32,000 bases of DNA from assembly GCF_000237865.1 (NCBI RefSeq), contig NC_017459.1:1860001-1892000 (forward strand), in the 5' to 3' direction. Below the pieces are notes generated by a model. It did no database searches, was not told the origin of the DNA, and saw only the letters and a list, made by a program, of their open reading frames with translations. Below are positions 18,815-26,647 of this stretch, in pieces. The translations under genes and the position numbers were made by a program. Numbering within the stretch: the stretch's first letter is position 1; every line of letters starts with the position of its first letter. Origin of the DNA: Haloquadratum walsbyi C23 (GTDB lineage: Archaea; Halobacteriota; Halobacteria; Halobacteriales; Haloferacaceae).

Positions 18815-19510
18815 ATGATAATGAATGAGAGGCTTTTGACCGTCGGTATCGACCGGTGTCATCGCGCCGGTTTGGTGACCTCACGGTCAAGTGATGCAGC
18901 GAAACCTCCGGTAATTGCTCACACAGCGGGTGATGAGACAGCGGCATTATCTGATGAATCCTCGAACCACGATGAACGCCCAGTAATCGATGCTCGCGCA
19001 TCAGAACCGCCAACACCAGAGACGCTGTTATCTTCAGGATGGTCTATTGCAATCGAGACAATCAGCGAAGTTGACCCGACGGTAGTACTCTCGCGCGTTT
19101 GGAACAACCAATCACATAATCGAGCAACGCTGTTCGTAACACCAACTCAGCAGGCAACAGCAAAAATTACGAATATACTAACCGCACCAGTTGGGGTTGT
19201 AGATAGTACCAATGATGGGCGACAGTTCTACCCTGGACCGGACCGGATTCCACTCGCTGAGGGCGGATATGCTGCTGTTCCAACGTCAGCACCTCTTTCA
19301 TGGAATGAATCTCGAACAGCGTCGGGACAACCCGGACTGGTCGCTACAATCTCCGATGATGCTCCAGCAATCACATCGGAAGAGGACGGAAAAAAACAAC
19401 GGAACAGGATGATGTTGAGATTGATCAAAGAAAAACAGCAGAATCTGGATCGACAGACGAGAAGACGTCAAGAAAGCCAACAACTGAACAGGAAGGTAAA
19501 GAAAATATAA
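18815..19510 (+). CDS. Hypothetical protein, possibly the N-terminal part of a frameshifted roughly 355-aa gene
   Basis: I recognise no family. After the A7 run at 19390-19396 this frame yields a basic low-complexity tail (KQRNRMMLRLIKEKQQNLDRQTRRRQ), which is atypical for a haloarchaeal protein. The neighbouring frame is open from 19360 and runs into the next ORF. Confidence 0.4.
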   Translation: MIMNERLLTVGIDRCHRAGLVTSRSSDAAKPPVIAHTAGDETAALSDESSNHDERPVIDARASEPPTPETLLSSGWSIAIETISEVDPTVVLSRVWNNQSHNRATLFVTPTQQATAKITNILTAPVGVVDSTNDGRQFYPGPDRIPLAEGGYAAVPTSAPLSWNESRTASGQPGLVATISDDAPAITSEEDGKKQRNRMMLRLIKEKQQNLDRQTRRRQESQQLNRKVKKI

Positions 19511-19530
19511 CAACAGATGTAAATCCGTCA

Positions 19531-19881
19531 ATGGAACCGAGTAGGAGCAATGATACAACGCCAGATATGAACAGTGGTGTCAATATAAGTACAAATAGAC
19601 CCTGGCTTGAACTTCGCGCCGGTGACGAGGTGCTGGTGCGACTCAACAACGTCGACGCACTTGCATGCCCGCCTCGAGAACGATTTCCATATGCATACCA
19701 TCGCGATGATGACAAGCAGATTCGTGTACTTGATTTCGCTGGGCGACCGGTTGAGCGATACGGTGGAATCACCGATATGCGGCATAATGGGTTTCAACCA
19801 GTTCCAGCACCATTGGTGCCAGAGCATATGTTCAATAAATCAATAACCGGATGGTGGGGCGTCCTGACCGCACAACAGTGA
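19531..19881 (+). CDS. Hypothetical protein, possibly the C-terminal part of the 18815 gene
   Basis: The 116-aa ORF is moderately acidic. Its frame is open upstream to 19360 (..KKTTEQDDVEIDQRKTAESGSTDEKTS..MEPSRSNDTT), so a 1-nt indel in the A7 run would fuse it to ORF 18815. It overlaps the next ORF by 31 nt. Confidence 0.4.
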   Translation: MEPSRSNDTTPDMNSGVNISTNRPWLELRAGDEVLVRLNNVDALACPPRERFPYAYHRDDDKQIRVLDFAGRPVERYGGITDMRHNGFQPVPAPLVPEHMFNKSITGWWGVLTAQQ

Positions 19882-20492
19882 CAAAGAATGATTCACGTTC
19901 AGATACAGATCATACAAGATCTGAAGAACATGATCTAGATTTGACAGAGAATATACATGATGGTTCAGGTTTAAAACCGACGTCTGAGTCCCAAATGAAG
20001 AACCAAGTAGATTCAAACGAGAATTCACGTACTTGGTGGCAGACAATTGCTCGGGTCATTGTTGCACCGATTGTGCTTCCGCATGAACTTGCTCATGCGG
20101 CTATCGCAGTATTATTTGGACTCGATCCTGTAATCCGCATTCTTCCACAATGGTCAGGGACGACAATCCCACTGGGACAATTTAATGCTGAAATCGACAC
20201 ATCAACATCAACATGGGTAATACAAGCGGTTGCAGTGGCGCCATTAGTAGTGTATCTTACTGTTGCTTCATTGGTCGGGATATTCATCTCGATAAACGCA
20301 ACAATAATTCTTCCAGTTATTCTACTTTTGAGTTTTTCTGCAAGTTTATCAGCTGGTGATATCGCGATTATCAGCAATCCAGTCGAAGCTCGCCAGGCTG
20401 GAGCATTTGTTGTACAGGGTTCGACATGGGAAAACATCACAATTATTACGACCCCAATTACGACTGGAGTGGTGGCGATACTGTTGATATAA
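19851..20492 (+). CDS. Membrane protein with an HExxH motif inside a TM helix (DUF3267-like putative zincin / minimal intramembrane metalloprotease-like)
   Basis: The motif LPHELAHAAIAVLFG lies at the start of a hydrophobic core of about 4 helices, and a later LSAGD motif sits in another helix. The hydrophilic acidic N-terminal 60 aa means the true start may be the internal ATG near 19995. Confidence 0.6.
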   Translation: MVGRPDRTTVTKNDSRSDTDHTRSEEHDLDLTENIHDGSGLKPTSESQMKNQVDSNENSRTWWQTIARVIVAPIVLPHELAHAAIAVLFGLDPVIRILPQWSGTTIPLGQFNAEIDTSTSTWVIQAVAVAPLVVYLTVASLVGIFISINATIILPVILLLSFSASLSAGDIAIISNPVEARQAGAFVVQGSTWENITIITTPITTGVVAILLI

Positions 20493-20629
20493 TCAAGTAT
20501 CCTAAAGCGGTAGGCTTGTCAGTTGACTCCCGGTCTGACCACAAGACATGGCAGGTGTGAACTGATTCACTCATTCGATGCGAGAGAACTATTCTGACTG
20601 ATGCATGTCTACTCAAGCACCCACTTCTT

Positions 20630-20887
20630 CTATGAACTACTGACCACACGCCGAGTGACTACACCGCTGACTTGTGTATCGTAGTCGTTCTTGCTGTCGA
20701 TTATAGTACCCGGGTTATCGCTCCAGCCGTATTTTGCGACGTGTTGTGCTGCTTGGCGGAACTGATCGAACGTTTCATTAGGGAGACCTTCATCCTCGAG
20801 GCGAGACTTGTAGGTTTTATTTGACAGTTCCGGTTCAGCACGTATTTCTACTGTAATGCCTGTATTATCTAAACCTACCTTACTCAT
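20630..20887 (-). CDS. Small hypothetical protein (85 aa)
   Basis: It has an ATG start, an acidic composition consistent with haloarchaeal coding sequence, and no competing ORF. I recognise no family. Confidence 0.45.
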   Translation of the reverse strand: MSKVGLDNTGITVEIRAEPELSNKTYKSRLEDEGLPNETFDQFRQAAQHVAKYGWSDNPGTIIDSKNDYDTQVSGVVTRRVVSSS

Positions 20888-20962
20888 ATTGGAGAGTCAG
20901 AGAGTCTATTCATTGTGGTTTGTTGCCGTATTGTCGGCTTCCTCCCACACACGGCTAAAGCC

Positions 20963-21221
20963 CTGTCTCTTACCCACAACTCGAGTCAGGATTTTAGCGG
21001 AACGGGATCGGGATCGGCGAGCACGACTGAAATCCTCGGTATCTACAGTTTCAGCACCTCTTTGGAACAATTGTAGTGAGCTTGATTACCGGCGTTCTGT
21101 CACCCCCACAGCCGATATCACTATTTGAATCGCTTCTCGCCTCGATTTTTTGATTCAAAATACCTCTGAGAGCGTCTGAAACGTCCGGTTACGACTCCAC
21201 GAACTTATGGGTAAGAGACAG
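20963..21221 (+). mobile_element. MITE copy 1 (259 bp) with IS4/Tn5-like termini
   Basis: The terminal inverted repeats are CTGTCTCTTACCCACAA (20963-20979) and the complement of TTATGGGTAAGAGACAG (21205-21221), 16/17 identical. A perfect 10-bp direct repeat GGCTAAAGCC flanks it at 20953-20962 and 21222-21231. There is no credible coding capacity. A second copy lies at 23741-23981. Confidence 0.7.
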
Positions 21222-21371
21222 GGCTAAAGCCGAAGCCGTGGGTTTTCCGCCTTGCAATTCTATGAAATCAATATCTTTTTTGATCAAATCAAATCACTCA
21301 GTATTAATTATCCAGCTATCTGTAACTGTGACCGACAACCCAATACAGATGTAGAACAGAATGTGCATGCT

Positions 21372-21554
21372 ATGGCAGATGAAGCCTATCAGATTACGCT
21401 AGCCGAACCGCATGAAATTACAGATGGCGATCAGAGGACAATCACCGTCTCAGGGTATGAAGATGTTGGGAGCATGTTCATGCTTGAGTTAACTGACGGC
21501 GGAATTCGCTCTATTGGCAAGCAATTGATTGAAGATGTGACACCAATTGAATAA
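21372..21554 (+). CDS. Small acidic hypothetical protein (60 aa)
   Basis: The track ORF (21252) starts at a TTG inside the repeat flank, so I prefer the ATG at 21372. The product is MADEAYQITLAEPHEITDGDQRTITVSGYEDVGSMFMLELTDGGIRSIGKQLIEDVTPIE. Its composition is haloarchaeal-like, and I recognise no family. Confidence 0.4.
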   Translation: MADEAYQITLAEPHEITDGDQRTITVSGYEDVGSMFMLELTDGGIRSIGKQLIEDVTPIE

Positions 21555-21680
21555 GACATCTGCTGTCTCGATTGTTTGTATTCATCGACTGCGTTGATTC
21601 GACTCTACATTGAAATCCCTATCAGATATCTGTTCACTATATGGCAAACATTCGTTTGTCTGCGGTGAATATCTCACGTG

Positions 21681-22142
21681 ATGACAGCTGATCAATACGA
21701 CACCGAGACAATGACAGAGCAAAGCGTTGATCCGACCACCATCTCCGCAATTAGTGGGTTTGTCGGGACAATCACAGGGTTAAAACGAGGCGGTCCCGGC
21801 GGAGCGATTATTGGTGGGCTTGTTGGTGGGACGATTGGATATGTTGTTGGTGCGGGCACAACAGCGCAATCTGAAACGGATACAGATACAGATACAGATA
21901 CAAATACCAGTACCGATGCGGATGCACATTCGGATATGAATGCTGACGCTGGATCTGACTCTGAGACACCATCCGACACAAGCACCGGTCCGGTTGATAT
22001 CACGATTGATGATAATAACACTGATGAGACATCATCGGAGAGGACAACAGACCACAATGATCAATCTAAAGCCAATGAGAGCGAATCTAAAGAAAGCGAT
22101 CCAACAGAAGAATCACAGGGGACAACAGAAGATGCTGAGTGA
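21681..22142 (+). CDS. Glycine-zipper membrane-anchored protein with a long acidic Thr/Asp/Ser-rich tail
   Basis: The segment ISGFVGTITGLKRGGPGGAIIGGLVGGTIGYVVGAG is a GxxxG-rich glycine-zipper helix pair. An acidic low-complexity tail (TDTDTDTDTNTSTDADAHSD...) follows. The ATG is at 21681 and the track start is a GTG at 21678. Confidence 0.55.
   Translation: MTADQYDTETMTEQSVDPTTISAISGFVGTITGLKRGGPGGAIIGGLVGGTIGYVVGAGTTAQSETDTDTDTDTNTSTDADAHSDMNADAGSDSETPSDTSTGPVDITIDDNNTDETSSERTTDHNDQSKANESESKESDPTEESQGTTEDAE
21879..21902 (+). repeat. Hexanucleotide microsatellite (GATACA)x4 inside the glycine-zipper gene, encoding (DT)n
   Basis: Direct reading gives GATACAGATACAGATACAGATACA. Confidence 0.9.
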
Positions 22143-22170
22143 GTTTTGATGCAATAACAGATAATATCAA

Positions 22171-23172
22171 CGCTCTTCTGAAGCAGATTGTTGGTCGGGT
22201 AAAGCTATCGCCGTGAAAGCGTAGCGGGCAAGAGTGACGCGACGCGTCACCTGAACGCAATGTTCCCATTTGAATTGCTGAGCTCAGAGGCGAGCGCCGC
22301 GAACCTGCTGGAGCAGGTTCGCTGGCGAGAGGGCCTCTGTTGCCCGCGCTGCCAGTCTGAGTCGGTAATCAAACACGGCAGCTATCGAGAGTATCAACGG
22401 TACCTGTGTAAGGATTGCGACCGCACGTTCAACGACAAAACCGGCACGATTTTTGCGCACGCGAAGATCGGCCTCGATAAGCTGTTGTTCGCGTTCTACT
22501 CGTTCCTCCGGTTCAACACGAGTATCCGCCAGTTAGACGCTGAAATTGACGTTTCGTATCGCTCGCTTCACCGGCGCGTCGAGCAGTTCGCCAGAACGCT
22601 CGACGCGCCAACAATCGATCTCGTTGGACCGGTCGAGATCGACGAGTTCTATGTCTCTGCTGGGAAGAAAGGTCGCGAGCGCGATCGAGAGTCGCGCTCG
22701 CGTGCCCTCTCGAAACGCGGACGAGGAACGTATGAGGGTGATAAACCGCCAGTGTTCACGCTCGTTGATCGGGGCAGCGGTCAGCGATACGTCGTCCCAG
22801 CGAAATCCGCCGATGAAACGACCGTGCGACTCCTTCTCGACAACCACGAGAAGGAGTCGCTGAGCATCTATACTGACGGATTTCGTGCCTACGATCCACT
22901 CGACAATGATGAGAGCTTCCACCGAGAATCAGTAATTCACGGTGACGGCGAGTACGTTGATGGAGACGCACATGTGAACACGTGCGAGAGCCACGCGTCG
23001 CTGGCGCGACGGTGGCTCTCGCCGCATCGAGGCGTCTCAAAGGACAAACTGACAGCATATCTCAGGCCGTTCCAACTTCGGCGACGAATCCTCCGCAAAC
23101 CGGGACAAGAAGCACTGAAACAGATTATCCGAGAAGTTCTCTGACTCACCAACAATGTACTTCACAAGAGCG
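22171..23172 (+). mobile_element. IS1595-family insertion sequence (ISH4-group-like), 1002 bp, apparently intact
   Basis: The terminal inverted repeats are CGCTCTTCTGAAGCAGATTGTTGGT (22171-) and CGCTCTTGTGAAGTACATTGTTGGT (reverse complement of the right end), 22/25 identical. They are flanked by the direct repeat TAATATCA(A) at 22162-22170 and 23173-23181. Confidence 0.85.
22260..23144 (+). CDS. IS1595-family (ISXO2-like DDE) transposase
   Basis: The 294-aa uninterrupted ORF has an N-terminal zinc ribbon (CCPRCQS...CKDCDRTFNDKTGTIF), then EIDEFYVSAGKKGR, GDKPPVFTLVDR, IYTDGFRAY and GDAHVNTCES blocks. These are collinear with the frameshifted copy at 13014-13897. Confidence 0.9.
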   Translation: MFPFELLSSEASAANLLEQVRWREGLCCPRCQSESVIKHGSYREYQRYLCKDCDRTFNDKTGTIFAHAKIGLDKLLFAFYSFLRFNTSIRQLDAEIDVSYRSLHRRVEQFARTLDAPTIDLVGPVEIDEFYVSAGKKGRERDRESRSRALSKRGRGTYEGDKPPVFTLVDRGSGQRYVVPAKSADETTVRLLLDNHEKESLSIYTDGFRAYDPLDNDESFHRESVIHGDGEYVDGDAHVNTCESHASLARRWLSPHRGVSKDKLTAYLRPFQLRRRILRKPGQEALKQIIREVL

Positions 23173-23223
23173 TAATATCAAAACAGATAAATATCATAAT
23201 CAAATCAAGAGATTTACATTGAA

Positions 23224-23740
<517 letters not shown>

Positions 23741-23981
23741 CTGTCTCTTACCTACAAATCGAGTCGCTGCTGAGGTCAGTAAACCGGTTGAAATCTCGAT
23801 ATCTACAGATTTAATATCTCTTTGGAACAATTATAGTGGAGTTGATTACCGGCGTTCTGTAACCCCTACAGCCGATATCACTGTCTGAATCGCTTCTCGC
23901 CTCGATTTTTTAGTTCAAAATACCTCTGAGAGCGTCTGAAACGTCCGGTTACGACTCCACGAACTTGTGGGTAAGAGACAG
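23741..23981 (+). mobile_element. MITE copy 2 (241 bp), same family and orientation as 20963-21221
   Basis: The termini are CTGTCTCTTACCTACAA (23741-23757) and TTGTGGGTAAGAGACAG (23965-23981). The right two-thirds is near-identical to copy 1, while the left-central part diverges but keeps hairpin potential. The flanks differ (CCCTCAAGGA on the left, GGCTAAAGCC on the right), so this copy has no clean TSD. Confidence 0.7.
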
Positions 23982-24108
23982 GGCTAAAGCCGTGGGTTTC
24001 CGCCTCGCAATTCTATGAATACACGGCTACGACGTCCGGATCTTCTCAGTCACATTCAACTGAGGATCACTGAGAGTACTGTGATGAGAAAATTCATGAT
24101 GCCAACCC

Positions 24109-25239
24109 TCACTCGTGACTCTGGTCTGGGTCATCAAACAATCCGGTTGACATATACCTCTCCCCGCTGTCCCAAAAAACCGTAATAACTAGTGGGCAGT
24201 CAGGCTGTGTATTCCGGTCCTCAGAAGAGGGAGCAATCCCGGTTTCATACTCTGCTTTTGTGTTTATGTTTGTGCTTGTGTTTGAGGTGCTTGTGGGTGT
24301 AGCAGTGTCAGCGGTATCATCATGAGTCGATGTAGACGAAGATTTCACAACGGATTCTGATTTGGGTGCATCCTCAATGACGTATCCCGCTTCTCGCTCA
24401 TTACAAGGTTGAGCAGGGTCAGCAAGTTGTTTCGCGATACGCTTTGCAGCAACGTTTGATGCTGCGGAGGATTGTCCGACAAGAATTCCCTCCTCTCGTG
24501 CAAGACGTCTGCATTCCGTTTCAGCCGCATCGATTGTGACAGTCTCGACATCATCAATCAACTCTGTATCAAGATTTGGGCTAATAAATCCTGGACCCAT
24601 ACCCTGAAAATCGTCATTTCCAGGCTCCGAACCAGAGATAACTGCATTTTCGGCTGGTTCAACAGCAATGACAGACATGTCTGGAAACTCCTCGCGAAGA
24701 CGTCTTCCAATACCGGAGATCGTCCCACCAGTGCCGACACCAGCCACGAGTGCATCAACAGTCCGTCCTTCAACTTGTTCAAGAATTTCCTCAGCGGTTG
24801 TCTGATAATGAGCGTCAGGGTTAGCCGCGTTCTCAAACTGTCGCAACTGCTTCATTCCGGTATCTTCTAATTTATCAGCGCGGTCTTTCGCATCACTGAT
24901 CGTGCCATCGATCAGTTCGATTTTAGTACCATACGCTCGCATTAACTCGCGCCGTTCCGGTGACTGTGAGGCGGGCATCACCACTGTGAGATCATACCCT
25001 TTCGCAGCAGCAACAACTGATAATCCAATGCCGGTGTTCCCACTTGTCGGCTCAACAAGGGCGTCGCCTGGTTCAATATCGCCGGCACGCTCAGCACGCT
25101 CCACCATTGCAAGTGCTGGTCGGTCCTTTGCAGAGCCACCGGGATTCTTTGATTCTATCTTTGCAGCGATTGTCACACCCGGCGGAGAATTAACGCGGAC
25201 GAGCGGTGATCCAATCGTTTCCAAAACGTTCGCATCCAT
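24109..25239 (-). CDS. cysK: Cysteine synthase (O-acetylserine sulfhydrylase, PLP-dependent) with a low-complexity insertion near the C-terminus
   Basis: The blocks KIESKNPGGSAKDRPA (PLP lysine), EPTSGNTGIGLS, GVGTGGTISG and the C-terminal DSGERYMSTGLF are canonical CysK/CysM. The ATG is at 25239 and the track start at 25242 is a TTG. Confidence 0.9.
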   Translation of the reverse strand: MDANVLETIGSPLVRVNSPPGVTIAAKIESKNPGGSAKDRPALAMVERAERAGDIEPGDALVEPTSGNTGIGLSVVAAAKGYDLTVVMPASQSPERRELMRAYGTKIELIDGTISDAKDRADKLEDTGMKQLRQFENAANPDAHYQTTAEEILEQVEGRTVDALVAGVGTGGTISGIGRRLREEFPDMSVIAVEPAENAVISGSEPGNDDFQGMGPGFISPNLDTELIDDVETVTIDAAETECRRLAREEGILVGQSSAASNVAAKRIAKQLADPAQPCNEREAGYVIEDAPKSESVVKSSSTSTHDDTADTATPTSTSNTSTNINTKAEYETGIAPSSEDRNTQPDCPLVITVFWDSGERYMSTGLFDDPDQSHE

Positions 25240-25420
25240 CAAAACAGGTATTTGTCGGTGATGGATAAGACGGTGACGACCAAAACGGATGTGAATTTCT
25301 GAATGAAATACTCATCCAATAAGATATCAAGACGAGTGTGTCGATAATAAACGTGATCTGAAGCTGCTTCACAATTTAATCCGACTCGAACTATAACATA
25401 TTATTATATCTTTTAGCTGA

Positions 25421-25508
25421 ATACAGGCGCTAAGCCCCCTCCCTCAAGGAGCACCGCAGTCCGCGCGAGCGGACAAGGAGCGCAGTAGGGAGAAGGGGAT
25501 ACAGCGCC
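25421..25508. repeat. GC-rich palindromic element, resembling a TnpB 3' end or a REP-like repeat
   Basis: It carries the arm AAGCCCCCTCCCTCAAGGAGC (..APSLKE in one frame), a perfect hairpin GTCCGC-GCGA-GCGGAC (25459-25474) and the opposing arm GGAGCGCAGTAGGGAGAAGGGG. It is bracketed by ATACAGGCGC and ATACAGCGCC. Confidence 0.4.
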
Positions 25509-25749
25509 ATCATCATCTGGTTGTACACTGTGCGTCGGCAGACTCACAGACCTATGTAAGCAGTTATATTGTCGGACGCCAGACTAAAGAGTAAGATGGG
25601 CATTTTGACCTGTCGGCTTTGATTCGCTCGTCGTTCCATATAGCACTCCGTGAAACATTTTGAACCATCGGTTCTACGCAACAGTATCAGCAGCTACTCT
25701 ATGACAAGATTTTGGATTGAATTCCTCAATAAGTATTCAGGAGCACTAT

Positions 25750-26100
25750 TCGGAACGAGTTGCTCTGTGCGAGGCTGACGGACAGGGATAGCGTTCAAAC
25801 GCGACAAGAAGCGTGCGTTGTCCCACGGAATCACCCCGTCGAGCAATTAGGAGTGCGACACTCCGAAGAAACGTCCCCAGACATCTCCGAGTTCTGGTGT
25901 GCGAACGAATCGCGGGGCGATTCGTCAACGCCTGTGGAGACTGCACTCCCTGTGGATACACCTGTATCTGCAAAGTGCGTTCACCAGACTCCGTCTGGTG
26001 GGCTGTCAGACGCAGTCTGACAACGTCGTAGAAGCAGGAAGCCCCGCCCTCAGCGAGGCCGTCAGACCGAGCAGGGCGGGGTAGTTCACATGAGTTCGAT
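25750..26100 (+). pseudogene. IS1341-type TnpB C-terminal remnant with a right-end hairpin region (omegaRNA-like)
   Basis: Two plus-strand frames read ...DSSTPVETALPVDTPVSAKCV... and ...VVEAGSPALSEAVRPSRAG*, which is the characteristic haloarchaeal TnpB C-terminus (PVETA...VSAKRVVEAGSP.L.E) split by a frameshift. Perfect 7-bp hairpins lie at 25983-26001 and 26005-26021, and a 9-bp stem CCCCGCCCT/AGGGCGGGG lies at 26042-26081. Confidence 0.5.
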
Positions 26101-26147
26101 GCGCAGCGTATCCACACATTTAGTATAGTTCATGATAACTGCCAGAC

Positions 26148-26537
26148 ATGGTTGATGCAAATGTTGGGAGAACACTTGAGACAATGAAACCAAATCCGGT
26201 ATGGGACGCTAATTCATGGTCAGATACCGTAGCCGCATTTAGTGATGATACTTTAATAATCCGAGTGTGGGGTGGTGATTGGTGTGATGACTGCCGGAGA
26301 CAATTACCAGATTTTGCAGCCGCGATTAACGCTGCTGATATCCCGAATAAACGAGTTCATGAATATTCCGTTGAAAAAAATGCTGATGGAGAAAAATATG
26401 GACCGAGTGTCAAAGAATACGGAATTAATCGGATTCCAACAGTTGTCATCGAACGAGAAGATGAGGAAGTGGCACGATTTGTTGAAACTGAATCAGTCCC
26501 TATCGCGGTGTTTCTCGCTGAGCAACTCACCGAGTGA
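26148..26537 (+). CDS. Thioredoxin-fold protein (WCxxC active site)
   Basis: The active site reads VWGGDWCDDCRRQLP, and a cis-Pro region (NRIPTVVI) is typical of thioredoxin-like proteins. The protein is 129 aa. Confidence 0.8.
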   Translation: MVDANVGRTLETMKPNPVWDANSWSDTVAAFSDDTLIIRVWGGDWCDDCRRQLPDFAAAINAADIPNKRVHEYSVEKNADGEKYGPSVKEYGINRIPTVVIEREDEEVARFVETESVPIAVFLAEQLTE

Positions 26538-26647
26538 CCGAATGAGTTAATCCAAAATATCATTATATACATATTACCAGTATATACTTTGGATGCCTAT
26601 ATTATAACAAGGGACTTATGTGCGGTTTTCATATGAAACTATAGAAG

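Noticed and set aside
20856-21128. A 90-aa ORF runs through MITE copy 1, and a parallel open frame runs through copy 2 (ending ..DYRRSVTPTADITV*).
   Set aside because: The ORF starts in the flank and crosses the terminal inverted repeat. The central part is not conserved at the protein level between the copies. The apparently synonymous changes are equally well explained by a stem-restoring pair, so I treat it as non-coding.
21152-21182. A CRISPR-repeat-like string lies on the minus strand of both MITE copies (also 23912-23942). It reads GTTTCAGACGCTCTCAGAGGTATTTTGAA(T/C)(C/T) and shares the GTTTCAGACG start and the TTGAA near the end with haloarchaeal type I-B repeats as I recall them.
   Set aside because: It occurs only once per MITE copy, with no repeat-spacer periodicity anywhere in the window and no cas genes. 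The middle of the sequence does not match. It is most likely a chance or remote resemblance and not a CRISPR array.
25746-26117. A 123-aa minus-strand ORF and three overlapping plus-strand ORFs (25760-26020, 25813-26031, 25899-26084).
   Set aside because: None is a coherent protein. The plus-strand frames together spell a frameshifted TnpB C-terminus, so the region is annotated as a pseudogene or IS-end remnant.
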